This document shows, piece by piece, positions 44,203 to 53,443 of a stretch of DNA of 64,000 nucleotides. The stretch lies in assembly GCA_041666945.1 (NCBI GenBank), contig JBAYFY010000002.1:64701-128700 (forward strand), written 5' to 3'. The position numbers were made by a program, and so were the translations under genes. Under the pieces are notes generated by a model. That model saw only the letters and a program-made list of their open reading frames with translations. It had not been told where the DNA came from and searched no databases. Source of the DNA: Candidatus Buchananbacteria bacterium (GTDB taxonomy: Bacteria; Patescibacteriota; Patescibacteriia; 2-01-FULL-39-33). Each line of letters begins with the position of its first letter. Position 1 is the stretch's first letter.

Positions 44203-45150
44203 ATGAGATATATGTCTATTCCAAATTTTGAACAAATAATGAGTCCAATGATTAAGGATATCATTGATGGCGAAAATCATTCAATGAATGATATCGTCGA
44301 TCATTTATCGGAATTTTTTAATTTAACTGAAGATGAAAAAAATGTTAGATATCCCACTAGTGGAGCAAAAATTTTTCAAAATAGAGTTAGATTTGCTCGC
44401 TTATATTTAATGAAGGCTGGTTTAATCGAATCACCAATCCGTGGTTTTATAAAACTAACATCAGATGGGTTAATGCTTTTTAAAAAAGAAACCCCAAACA
44501 TTAATTTAGATTATCTTGAAAAATTACCGAAATTTCAAGAATTTCAAAAAATGCAAAAAGAAACACAAAGAAATAAAAAAGATAGTTCTAATAATGAAAG
44601 AATTGTTTTGCATGCAGAAAATAATCTGGAACAAATTCCCGAAGAACAATTAGAAAATGCATTCCAGATAATTAATGATAATTTATCCGTTGAAATATTA
44701 GATACTTTAAAAAAGTGTCAACCATTATTTTTTGAAAAAATAGTAGTTGATCTTGTATTAAAAATGGGCTACGGTGGTTCGTTTAAGGATGCTGGTGAAG
44801 CCATAGGTAAAAGTGGTGATGGTGGAATTGATGGGATAATTAAGGAAGATAGACTTGGTTTAGATTTAATTTATTTACAAGCTAAAAGGTGGGAAAATGT
44901 AGTCCCAGTAAAAGAGATAAGAGATTTTGCTGGATCCTTAATGTCTAAAAAGGCTAAGAAGGGAATTTTTATTACTACATCAAGTTATCCCACGTCAGCT
45001 TTCGAATTTGTAAAATCAGTTGACCATAGAATAATACTAATCGATGGTCAACAATTAGCGAAATTATTAATTGATTTTAATGTTGGAGTTACAACGGAAT
45101 CAGTTTATGAAATTAAAAAAATTGATGGCGATTATTTTATAGAAGAATAA
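44203..45150 (+). CDS. mrr: Mrr-family restriction endonuclease (Mrr_N winged helix plus Mrr_cat)
   Basis: The catalytic region carries GGSFKDAGEAIGKSGDGGIDGII ... YLQAKRW. It is AT-rich relative to its flanks and is inserted between pheS and pheT. Confidence 0.85.
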   Translation: MRYMSIPNFEQIMSPMIKDIIDGENHSMNDIVDHLSEFFNLTEDEKNVRYPTSGAKIFQNRVRFARLYLMKAGLIESPIRGFIKLTSDGLMLFKKETPNINLDYLEKLPKFQEFQKMQKETQRNKKDSSNNERIVLHAENNLEQIPEEQLENAFQIINDNLSVEILDTLKKCQPLFFEKIVVDLVLKMGYGGSFKDAGEAIGKSGDGGIDGIIKEDRLGLDLIYLQAKRWENVVPVKEIRDFAGSLMSKKAKKGIFITTSSYPTSAFEFVKSVDHRIILIDGQQLAKLLIDFNVGVTTESVYEIKKIDGDYFIEE

Positions 45151-45162
45151 TTTATAAACTTA

Positions 45163-45195
45163 AATATCTCGTACAACTGGCTAAAGTCGTAGCCC
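45163..45195 (+). repeat. 33-bp direct duplication of the pheT 5' end
   Basis: ttaaatatctcgtacaactggctaaagtcgtag at 45163 versus ctaaatatctcttacaactggctaaagtcgtat at 46088, the first codons of pheT. Confidence 0.7.
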
Positions 45196-45663
45196 GTTGT
45201 CATTCCGACCGAAGCGTAGCGTAGTGGAGGAATCCCTTTAAAAGCACTTTATGGTTAAATATTACTACTTGTATATTATGGCTTCAGAATCCGGAACTTT
45301 ATATGTCGGGATTACAAATAATCTTGGTCGGCGAGTATGGGAACATAAAAATGAAATTATTGAGGGCTTTACTAAAAAATACGGCTGTAAGAGATTGGTT
45401 TATTATGAATACGGACAAGATGTTAATGGCGCTATCTGTAGAGAAAAACAAATTAAAAATTGGAATAGAAAAAAGAAAGAATTTTTGATAAAAACAATTA
45501 ACCCAAAATGGATTGATTTAAGCAAAGAAATGTTCGGTTTTAAAGAATTTTGAGGGATCCCTCCACTCGGCCTTGAGGCCTCGGTCGGGATGACAAGAAA
45601 AAGAAAGGCCTCGGTCGGGATGACAAGAAAAAGAAAGGCCTCGGTCGGGATGACAAGAAAACA
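45185..45663 (+). mobile_element. MITE-family element carrying a GIY-YIG nuclease gene, a putative autonomous copy, with a triplicated right end
   Basis: The left terminus GTCATTCCGACCGAAGCG...GTGGAGGAATCCC at 45185-45235 and the inverted right terminus GGGATCCCTCCAC...CCTCGGTCGGGATGAC at 45553-45596 bracket the GIY-YIG ORF. Three 30-bp tandem copies of the right terminus follow at 45577-45663. The termini match the empty element at 42885..42975. Confidence 0.5.
45251..45553 (+). CDS. GIY-YIG nuclease superfamily protein (about 100 aa)
   Basis: YYLYIMASESGTLYVGITNNLGRRVWEHK, matching the GIY, YIG, R and E motifs. Confidence 0.8.
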   Translation: MVKYYYLYIMASESGTLYVGITNNLGRRVWEHKNEIIEGFTKKYGCKRLVYYEYGQDVNGAICREKQIKNWNRKKKEFLIKTINPKWIDLSKEMFGFKEF

Positions 45664-45665
45664 AT

Positions 45666-46079
45666 TTGATTAAAAATATGAAAGGTACGGCAGAACAATT
45701 CAAAAAAGATAATATAAAAAAGTATCATAAAGGTGCAATTCTTAAACTAAGAGATATAGCAAGAAAAACAAAGTTGGTTTTTGAGTTTGTTGAGGATCGT
45801 TTCTATTATACTCAAAGCAATTTATCAGAAAAAGTATTCTTTATTGATAAGTTAAAGAAATTAGATGTTGATAAAAGCAAGTTAGCTTATCCCAATGGGT
45901 GGGAAGTCGGAGAAATTGAGTACAGATTTGGTTATTATATTATAAGTCAATATGGGAGAAGAAAAGGACATTGGACTTTTGCCCAATTTTGCCCAATATT
46001 TCCCCTTAATGATCTAAAAAATATTTTACAGAAAATGAAAAATAAAGGCATTATAGGAAAAAATTTTAAAATATTATAA
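45666..46079 (+). CDS. Hypothetical protein (137 aa), part of the pheS/pheT insertion
   Basis: Six-frame ORF. It is AT-rich and lies between the GIY-YIG element and pheT. Confidence 0.5.
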   Translation: MIKNMKGTAEQFKKDNIKKYHKGAILKLRDIARKTKLVFEFVEDRFYYTQSNLSEKVFFIDKLKKLDVDKSKLAYPNGWEVGEIEYRFGYYIISQYGRRKGHWTFAQFCPIFPLNDLKNILQKMKNKGIIGKNFKIL

Positions 46080-46081
46080 AT

Positions 46082-48505
46082 ATGAATCTAAATATCTCTT
46101 ACAACTGGCTAAAGTCGTATGTCAAAACCAGTTTGACGCCGCAGGAATTTGCCAAACGGATTTCGCTTTCCGGACCATCAGTGGATAGAGTTCAGGAAAA
46201 AAGCACTGATTTTGGTAATGTCGTGGTCGGAAAAATGTTGGAAATCAGTAAACACCCCAATGCCGACAAATTGAATGTCGCCAAAGTTGATGTGGGCAAA
46301 AAAGAGCCGATCCAAGTGATTTTTGGACAGATGGCGGTGCTTAAAGTCGGTGACCAATTGCCGGTGGCCATTGCGCCAACAACCCTACCGAGCGGAGTAG
46401 AAATACTGGAGAGAGAGATGCGCGGAGTTAAATCGCAAGGCATGTGCTGTTTGGATAGTGAAATCGGATTATCCGACCAGGATAGAGTGACTTTTTTTCC
46501 GCCAGAAGTAAAGCCGGGAACCCCGATCGCTAAGGCGTTAAAATTAGAGGAAGACGCGATTTTGGATATTGAAATCACTTCCAATCGCCCGGACGCCATG
46601 AGCGTTATCGGTATCGCCCGAGAGGCGGCCGCGATTTTGGACGCTAAGTTTTTATATAAACAACCAAACCCCTCCCTCGCTATCCGCAAATCCGTCATTC
46701 CCGCGCACCCAGAGGCGGGAATCCATAATGCTGGATCCCCAACTAAATTGGGGATGACGAAAAAGGGATTGCCGTTATCAATAAAAATAACCGAGCCCAG
46801 GGTCTGCCCCCGCTATTCCGCGATTGTAATGACTGATGTCAAAGTCGGCGCGTCGCCTCTGTGGATGCAACAGCGTTTGCTCGCTTCGGGTTTGCGGCCG
46901 ATTAATAATTTAGTAGACATCACTAACTATATTCTACTTGAATACGGCCAGCCCATGCACGTATTTGATTACGATAAACTGCTGGGCGGGGAAATCAATG
47001 TCCGCAAAGCCAAGAAGAGTGAAAAGATTTTGGCGTTAGACGGCAAAGAATACGAATTGTCCGTCGATCAACTGGTAATCGCTGACAAGCAAAATCCGGT
47101 CGCCGTGGCCGGCGTGATGGGCGGAGAATTGTCAGCCGCTACCGCCGAGACCAAAACCATCGTGTTTGAATGCGCCAACTTCAATCCCGTTTCCGTCCGC
47201 AAGACCTCGCGCGTTTTGAATTTGCGTTCGGAGAGCTCGGCGCTCTACGAAAAGGGGATTAGTCCGGAAAATGTTACGGCCGCCATGTTGCGCGCCATTG
47301 AATTGGCCCAGCAGTTGTGCGACGCCAAGGTTGCCGGCAAATTGATTGACGAAAAATCATACAAATACAAAGATCGGGAAATAATTTTGGACTTGGAGCG
47401 GGTTGATTCTGCTTTGGGCGTCAAAATCAAACCGGCAGAAATAAAAAATAATCTGGAAGCGTTGGGCTTTAAAGTGATCGCCAAACGCGACAAGTTTAAA
47501 GTAACAATCCCTTGGTGGCGAGAGAACGACATGGAAGGCCAGCATGATTTAATTGAAGAAATCGCTCGGATGCACGGCTATCAGAATCTGCCGACGGAAT
47601 TAATGTCCGGCGCTTTGCCTCAAACCATAGCCACGGTTAATTTCGCGCTGGAGGACAAGATTAAGGACGCTCTGGTCGGTTTCGGTTTGACCGAGGTTTA
47701 CACTTATTCTTTTATTTCCGAAAAGCAAATCCTGGGCGCGGGTTTAAAATCCGCGGATCATATCAAGATCGCCAACCCTTTAAGCGCTGATTTTGAGTAC
47801 ATGCGCACCTCGCTTTTGCCCGGCGTTCTGCAGATTATCGCCGAGAATCAGGGATTTTTCCCGGCCGGCAGATTGTTTGATTTGAGCCAGGTATATTTGC
47901 CTTTGGGCGCGAATGATTTGGCTGATGAGAAATTCAAATTGCTCGCGGTTTGCTATGGCGCTGATGCTGAAGGCATGGCCGCCGATGCCAGAGGCGTTTT
48001 GGATGGCTTAATGCAGCGACTCAATATTGACAATTTGACTTTTAAAAAGAAACCGGCCGGCTCGGAAATATATGTTAATGATGTGAAGCTGGGTGAAATC
48101 AAAGTTATTGATAACAAAATTTTGTCCGCTTTCGGCATCAAGAAAGCCGTAGCCGCGGTGGAGTTGGATTTCGCCGCTGTGGCCGCGCTGGCCAAATCCG
48201 CGCCGACTTATCGGCCGATTCCCAAATTTCCGGCGATTGAGCTGGATTTGTCCATGGAGGTTGATAATGTGATTACTTTTGCCGAAGTGGCCAATGTCGC
48301 CAGCGATGCGGGAGCGCCGTTAGTGGATAAGGTTGATTTCTTGTCTGTCTATCAAGGTGAGAAATTACCGGAAGGCAAGAAAGCATTGGCCATTAGAATG
48401 GTTTATCGCGATTTGAATAAGACCCTGGAACTCGCCGAAGCGCAAATCGCGCATGATAAAGTTGTAGCGGAATTAAAAAAGAGTTATAATATAGTTGTAA
48501 GATAA
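46082..48505 (+). CDS. pheT: Phenylalanine--tRNA ligase beta subunit
   Basis: An N-terminal tRNA-binding (OB) domain, then B3/B4, B5, the class II core-like domain, and a C-terminal FDX-ACB domain. It contains an in-frame repeat insertion. Confidence 0.9.
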   Translation: MNLNISYNWLKSYVKTSLTPQEFAKRISLSGPSVDRVQEKSTDFGNVVVGKMLEISKHPNADKLNVAKVDVGKKEPIQVIFGQMAVLKVGDQLPVAIAPTTLPSGVEILEREMRGVKSQGMCCLDSEIGLSDQDRVTFFPPEVKPGTPIAKALKLEEDAILDIEITSNRPDAMSVIGIAREAAAILDAKFLYKQPNPSLAIRKSVIPAHPEAGIHNAGSPTKLGMTKKGLPLSIKITEPRVCPRYSAIVMTDVKVGASPLWMQQRLLASGLRPINNLVDITNYILLEYGQPMHVFDYDKLLGGEINVRKAKKSEKILALDGKEYELSVDQLVIADKQNPVAVAGVMGGELSAATAETKTIVFECANFNPVSVRKTSRVLNLRSESSALYEKGISPENVTAAMLRAIELAQQLCDAKVAGKLIDEKSYKYKDREIILDLERVDSALGVKIKPAEIKNNLEALGFKVIAKRDKFKVTIPWWRENDMEGQHDLIEEIARMHGYQNLPTELMSGALPQTIATVNFALEDKIKDALVGFGLTEVYTYSFISEKQILGAGLKSADHIKIANPLSADFEYMRTSLLPGVLQIIAENQGFFPAGRLFDLSQVYLPLGANDLADEKFKLLAVCYGADAEGMAADARGVLDGLMQRLNIDNLTFKKKPAGSEIYVNDVKLGEIKVIDNKILSAFGIKKAVAAVELDFAAVAALAKSAPTYRPIPKFPAIELDLSMEVDNVITFAEVANVASDAGAPLVDKVDFLSVYQGEKLPEGKKALAIRMVYRDLNKTLELAEAQIAHDKVVAELKKSYNIVVR
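46672..46765 (+). repeat. In-frame MITE insertion inside the pheT coding sequence
   Basis: ccgtcattcccgcgcacccagaggcgggaatccataatgctggatccccaactaaattggggatgacgaaaaagggat. It translates in frame as SVIPAHPEAGIHNAGSPTKLGMTKKG. Confidence 0.75.
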
Positions 48506-48520
48506 AATAATTACACTCCC

Positions 48521-48829
48521 ATGCTTGTCACATCAAAAGACCTATTTTGGGTCGTGTTATCGTTTGTCATTCTTTTTGGCGGCGTCTGTACCGGCTTTGC
48601 TATTTTTTACTTTGCCATGATCATGCGCGACGGCTGGTACATCACCAAGGCCGTCAGGCGCAAAGTGGAAGCGGTGGAAAAAGTCATGACCGCTTTCAAA
48701 TCCAAAGTGGAAAACACCGCCAGCTTCGTGCCGCCGCTGATTGACGGCGTGTCCAAGCTGATTGAAGCGGTAGCGGAAAAGAAAAAGGCCTCGGCCGCCA
48801 AAGCCGGCAAGAAATCAAGAAGAAAATAA
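48521..48829 (+). CDS. Hypothetical membrane protein (102 aa)
   Basis: N-terminal transmembrane helices and a Lys-rich C-terminus. Confidence 0.55.
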   Translation: MLVTSKDLFWVVLSFVILFGGVCTGFAIFYFAMIMRDGWYITKAVRRKVEAVEKVMTAFKSKVENTASFVPPLIDGVSKLIEAVAEKKKASAAKAGKKSRRK

Positions 48830-48838
48830 CATTACAAT

Positions 48839-49069
48839 ATGCTGTCAGCGATCGCTTTAATGCCGATTTTCGGCTATCCGGCCGTTATGTATGGCGGGAT
48901 TATTACTCTCATCTTATTTTTATTTGTCGCCATTATCGGTTATCGGATTTCTAAGGGTAAATGCAAATTGCCCAATCCGATTAAATGGCATCAGACCTTG
49001 GCGTTTCTGGCGCTTGTCTTGGCTGTAATTCACGGCATCTTAGGATTATCAATCTTGTTGGGATTCTAA
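48839..49069 (+). CDS. Hypothetical 2-TM membrane protein (76 aa)
   Basis: Six-frame ORF with two hydrophobic helices. Confidence 0.5.
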   Translation: MLSAIALMPIFGYPAVMYGGIITLILFLFVAIIGYRISKGKCKLPNPIKWHQTLAFLALVLAVIHGILGLSILLGF

Positions 49070-49194
49070 GGATAAAAATAACCGGGTAAAACCGGTTTTT
49101 TTGTCTTGACTTTTTATTAATTTTTTGATATCATGATTAGTCGCACTTTAAAAATCAACCTCATTCTCAAATAGCTCGGGAAGGAGAGTCAACA

Positions 49195-49734
49195 ATGAAT
49201 ATTGTCAGATGTTATTCCGGCAGCACCAGATTTGTCGTAGTTGTTGGTTTCTTGGCCTTTAAGTTTGCCAAGATTAATCCGTTTATGGCTTTAAAATGCG
49301 AGTTTAAACAATTTGGCAACAGCCCTCAAGCAAGGCAGATAATTAAAAAATACGGCTATACTTGCTCCCTTTCGCCGCTTTATTGGTTATTCCGCGGCAT
49401 CATGGCTAACTGGTTGGAGCGGAAGTATTATCGACGCTCTCGTCTGTTAATTCTCGCCCCGACTTATTTATCTTTTGGTTTAGTGAATATTCAGCTGGCC
49501 GGCGATTGTCTTAAGATGCCTGAAAGATATTTTTTAAACCAAATTAGCGCCATTATCGGCCATGACGAGAATAACGACGAAGATATTCACGCCGACCCGC
49601 ACACTCTCCGCCAGCTGGAGAACTACATTGCTTCCAGCGGCAAGTTGAAAATCATTGACTATGGCTCGCCGAAATCCTGGACGTTTCTGGAGAAATGGGG
49701 AAGAAAAATATTTGACGAGTTTGTTGTTTTATAA
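49195..49734 (+). CDS. Hypothetical protein (179 aa)
   Basis: A GGAAGGAGAG Shine-Dalgarno lies upstream, and a terminator follows. Confidence 0.55.
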   Translation: MNIVRCYSGSTRFVVVVGFLAFKFAKINPFMALKCEFKQFGNSPQARQIIKKYGYTCSLSPLYWLFRGIMANWLERKYYRRSRLLILAPTYLSFGLVNIQLAGDCLKMPERYFLNQISAIIGHDENNDEDIHADPHTLRQLENYIASSGKLKIIDYGSPKSWTFLEKWGRKIFDEFVVL

Positions 49735-49745
49735 ACCAATCACTC

Positions 49746-49772
49746 AAGCCACGTTTAGCCGTGGCTTTTATA
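49746..49772 (+). terminator. Rho-independent terminator
   Basis: aagccacg-tttagc-cgtggctt followed by ttatattt. Confidence 0.6.
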
Positions 49773-49826
49773 TTTGCTATTTTTTGCTGATTTTCGTATA
49801 ATATAAGCATTCTATAGCTTATTTAT

Positions 49827-51320
49827 ATGCCACAAAAACCATCAGAAATCAATCCGTTGGATGAGAAATTAATGCGTCTCAAGCGTTTGGAGGAAATTAG
49901 AAATTCCGGCGTGGATCCTTATCCGGAAAAATTTGACAAGCGGCAGAGTTTGGCCGAAGCCAAAGCCGGCAAGGAGGGGACGAAGGTTCAAACCGCCGGC
50001 CGGATTCTGACCATCAGAAGCATGGGCAAGATCGCTTTCTGCCACTTGACTGATTGGAGCGGCAAATGCCAAGCGGTGTTGAATGTTACGGAAATCGGCG
50101 AAGAAAAATTCAAGTGGTTCAAGGATCACGCGGATATGGGCGACTTTATCGGCGTCTCTGGCGAGATATTCACCACCAAAGCCGGCGAGATCTCCATCCT
50201 TGCCAAAGAATATAAATTTTTGGGCAAGGCCTTGCTGCCTTTGCCGGAAAAGTTCCACGGCCTCAAGGATACGGACACGATTTACCGCCAGAGATATTTG
50301 GATTTGATCGTTAACGACGAAGCCAAGAAGCGCTTCCAATTCCGCAGCGATTTTATCCGCGTCATCCGCGAGTTTTACTGGCAGGAAAAATTTATTGAAG
50401 TGGAAACGCCGACTTTCATGCATCAGGCGACCGGCGCGACGGCTACGCCGTACAAGACGCGCAACAATGCTTTGGATGTGGATTTGTTTTTGCGCATCTC
50501 CCATGAGTTGCCGCTGAAGGAATTGATCGTGGGCGGGATGGAAAAGATTTTTGAGCTGGGCAAGGCCTTTCGTAACGAGGGCGTTGACCCGTCGCATCTG
50601 CCCGAGCACACCCATTTGGAGCATTATTGCGCTTATTGGAATTTTGAAGATAACATCAAATTCACCGAACGGATGTTTGATTATATTTTTGACCAGCTGA
50701 AACTGGACAAAAAAATTGAGATTGAAAACAGGGAAGGGGAGAAGCAGTCGGTTGATTTTTCTACGCCCTGGCCCCGAGTTAATTTTATTGACTTGATCAA
50801 GAAAGACACGGGTTTGGATATTATGGATTATAACGATGCCAAAGAACTGCTGAAAGACATTAAGAAAAAGAAAATTGAATTTGAAGACATGGAGGAGATG
50901 AGCTTAGCCGGATTAGTGGATAACCTCTACAAGAAAGTCAGCCGGCCCAAGATCGTCGGGCCAGTAATTCTTTTCCATTATCCCAAATATTTGCAGCCGC
51001 TGGCGCGTCTTAACGACGATGACAAGAATATCGTGGATCAATTCCAATTGATAGTTAATGGCTGGGAGATTGTCAAGGCCTATTCCGAGTTGGTTGACCC
51101 GGTTGACCAAAAGGAGCGTTTTGAAAGCCAGAAATCCGCCAAAACCAAGGGCGAAGGCGAAGTGATGGAAGGCGATGATGAATTTATCACCGCCCTGGAG
51201 CACGGCGCGCCGCCGATTTCCGGCTGGGGCATGGGTATTGACCGCACCGTGGCCGTTTTAACCGGCCAGAACAATTTGCGCGACGTGGTGCTGTTTCCCT
51301 TATTAAGACCGAAAGAATAA
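49827..51320 (+). CDS. lysS: Lysine--tRNA ligase (class II)
   Basis: An N-terminal OB-fold anticodon-binding domain; motif 2 FRNEG and motif 3 GWGMGIDR. Confidence 0.9.
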   Translation: MPQKPSEINPLDEKLMRLKRLEEIRNSGVDPYPEKFDKRQSLAEAKAGKEGTKVQTAGRILTIRSMGKIAFCHLTDWSGKCQAVLNVTEIGEEKFKWFKDHADMGDFIGVSGEIFTTKAGEISILAKEYKFLGKALLPLPEKFHGLKDTDTIYRQRYLDLIVNDEAKKRFQFRSDFIRVIREFYWQEKFIEVETPTFMHQATGATATPYKTRNNALDVDLFLRISHELPLKELIVGGMEKIFELGKAFRNEGVDPSHLPEHTHLEHYCAYWNFEDNIKFTERMFDYIFDQLKLDKKIEIENREGEKQSVDFSTPWPRVNFIDLIKKDTGLDIMDYNDAKELLKDIKKKKIEFEDMEEMSLAGLVDNLYKKVSRPKIVGPVILFHYPKYLQPLARLNDDDKNIVDQFQLIVNGWEIVKAYSELVDPVDQKERFESQKSAKTKGEGEVMEGDDEFITALEHGAPPISGWGMGIDRTVAVLTGQNNLRDVVLFPLLRPKE

Positions 51321-51323
51321 AAT

Positions 51324-51800
51324 ATGAAAAAAACATTGTTAATTTTACCGGCTTTCGCTTTAATTTTAATTTTATCCGGTTGCGGCCAGGCCAACCAAGG
51401 CAAGGTTACCGCTATTAATGTGGCTAATAATTATAATGCCGCCCAAGAGCTTAACCGGGATATGAATGACCCTAATAAAATATCTTCCGAAGATAACGTG
51501 GAAAACATTTATACGATTATGAATTATCAAGGCGATGAATCCAAGGAAACGGTAAAAGCGGCGATCAGAAAGGGGATAGAAGACGGCAAGGATCAAAGCG
51601 GGTTGGACAAGGAATTAATAAAGGCCTCGGCCGCCAATAATAACGGCTTAGGCACCGGTTACATGTTAGGTTATGTCTTCGGTTGCAAAGCCGTTACCGG
51701 CGATGAAGACAAGTGCAATGACGATATGAGTAAAAAATACCAAGAGATTATGATGGAAGAGATGCAAAAAGAATTCCAGGGCATGACGGCGACCCAATAA
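51324..51800 (+). CDS. Hypothetical lipoprotein
   Basis: A signal peptide with the lipobox LSGC. Confidence 0.65.
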   Translation: MKKTLLILPAFALILILSGCGQANQGKVTAINVANNYNAAQELNRDMNDPNKISSEDNVENIYTIMNYQGDESKETVKAAIRKGIEDGKDQSGLDKELIKASAANNNGLGTGYMLGYVFGCKAVTGDEDKCNDDMSKKYQEIMMEEMQKEFQGMTATQ

Positions 51801-51825
51801 ACATTTAGATTCTTATATTAATTTT

Positions 51826-53076
51826 ATGTTAGACATCAAACAGCTCCGCGAGAATACGGAGAAAATCAAGGAGGGATTATTAAAGAGAATGGATAAAAAG
51901 ATTTTGGATTCGGCTTTGGACAAAATTTTGAAGCTGGATAACGAACGCCGCGAGGTTTTGCAGCAAACCGAGGACTTGAAATCCGAACGCAATAAAGCGT
52001 CCAAAACCAAACCCACGCCGGAAATTATTGAAAAGATGAAGTCGGTGGGGGAGGAGATTAAGGCCCTGGACACTAAGCTGGCGGGAATAGAAGCTGACTT
52101 TCTTGAGGCCATGGCCGAACTGCCCAATGTGCCGGCCGATGATGTCTTGCCCGGCGATAAGGAAAACAACAAGGTCATCAGAACATCCGGCGATAAACCG
52201 AAATTCAAATTTGAACCCAAAGACCATGTGGAATTGGCCACGGAACTGGGATTGATTGATTATGAAAGGGGAGTGAAGATGTCCGGTTCCGGTTTTTGGA
52301 TTTATAAGGGCCAGGGCGCGCTTTTGGAATGGGCGCTGTTGAATTATTTTTTGGATTTTCACACCAAAAACGGCTACACTTTTATTATGCCGCCGTATTT
52401 GCTGACCGAAAAGTCCGCTTACACTTCCGGCCATCTGCCCAAATTCCGCGACGACCTGTTCTGGACACAAGACCAGCTTTGCCTTAACGCCACCTCGGAA
52501 ATGATGTTGGGCAATTATCATCGCGATGAAATTCTGGATGAAAAGGATTTGCCGCTCAAATATTGCGCTTACTCCGCCTGTTTTCGTCGTGAAGCCGGTT
52601 CCTACCGCAAAGAGGAGAGGGGAATGATCCGCGGGCATCAGTTCAATAAGATTGAAATGTTCCAATTCACCAAGCCGGGTGAATCCTGGACGGCTTTTGA
52701 CGAGCTGACCAAAAATGCCGAGGCCCTGGTGCAGGGGTTGGGTTTGCACTTCCAGACCGTTCAATTGTCAGCCGGCGACGCTTCCGCCGCCATGGCCAAG
52801 ACCGTTGATATTGAAGTGTGGATTCCGTCCATGGGCATTTATAAGGAAGTGTCTTCGGCTTCTAACGCGTTGGATTATCAGGCGCGCCGCGGCAATGTGC
52901 GTTACAAAGACGCCGCGGCTGGAAAAAACGAGTATGTCCATACCTTAAACGCCTCCGGATTGGCCACCAGCCGCCTGTTTCCGGCTATTTTGGAGCAGTT
53001 TCAGCAAGCTGACGGCTCGGTTATTATTCCGGAAGCCCTGCGCAAATGGACAGGGTTTGATAAAATTACCAAATAG
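51826..53076 (+). CDS. serS: Serine--tRNA ligase
   Basis: An N-terminal coiled-coil arm and a class II core including FRRE, GLATSR and similar motifs. Confidence 0.95.
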   Translation: MLDIKQLRENTEKIKEGLLKRMDKKILDSALDKILKLDNERREVLQQTEDLKSERNKASKTKPTPEIIEKMKSVGEEIKALDTKLAGIEADFLEAMAELPNVPADDVLPGDKENNKVIRTSGDKPKFKFEPKDHVELATELGLIDYERGVKMSGSGFWIYKGQGALLEWALLNYFLDFHTKNGYTFIMPPYLLTEKSAYTSGHLPKFRDDLFWTQDQLCLNATSEMMLGNYHRDEILDEKDLPLKYCAYSACFRREAGSYRKEERGMIRGHQFNKIEMFQFTKPGESWTAFDELTKNAEALVQGLGLHFQTVQLSAGDASAAMAKTVDIEVWIPSMGIYKEVSSASNALDYQARRGNVRYKDAAAGKNEYVHTLNASGLATSRLFPAILEQFQQADGSVIIPEALRKWTGFDKITK

Positions 53077-53077
53077 T

Positions 53078-53443
53078 ATGTCTTTAAATATTTATTCTTT
53101 ATTACTTTTTTGTAAAAATCTTGATTTGACAGAAAAATTCTATAAAAATTTGGGGTTTAATACTGAAAGATCTGATGATGCATTAAGAATTAAATTTGGA
53201 GACATACGCCTGGCTTTTATGGATGAAAAAGACGCAACAATAAAAGACGATCAAGAATCAAAGAAGGGTGTGGGGATGTATATTTATTTTAAAGTTGATA
53301 ATGTAGATTTATTTTTTCGATCTGTAAAGGAAAAGAATATTATTACATCAAGTGAACCAAGGGATTGGCCGTGGGGTAAAAGAGAGTTCGTTATTAGAGA
53401 TCCAGATGGCTACAAATTAGTCTTCTTTTCAAATATAAACTAA
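53078..53443 (+). CDS. VOC/glyoxalase-bleomycin resistance family protein
   Basis: A single beta-alpha-beta-beta-beta module. The coding sequence is markedly AT-rich compared with its neighbours. Confidence 0.55.
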   Translation: MSLNIYSLLLFCKNLDLTEKFYKNLGFNTERSDDALRIKFGDIRLAFMDEKDATIKDDQESKKGVGMYIYFKVDNVDLFFRSVKEKNIITSSEPRDWPWGKREFVIRDPDGYKLVFFSNIN

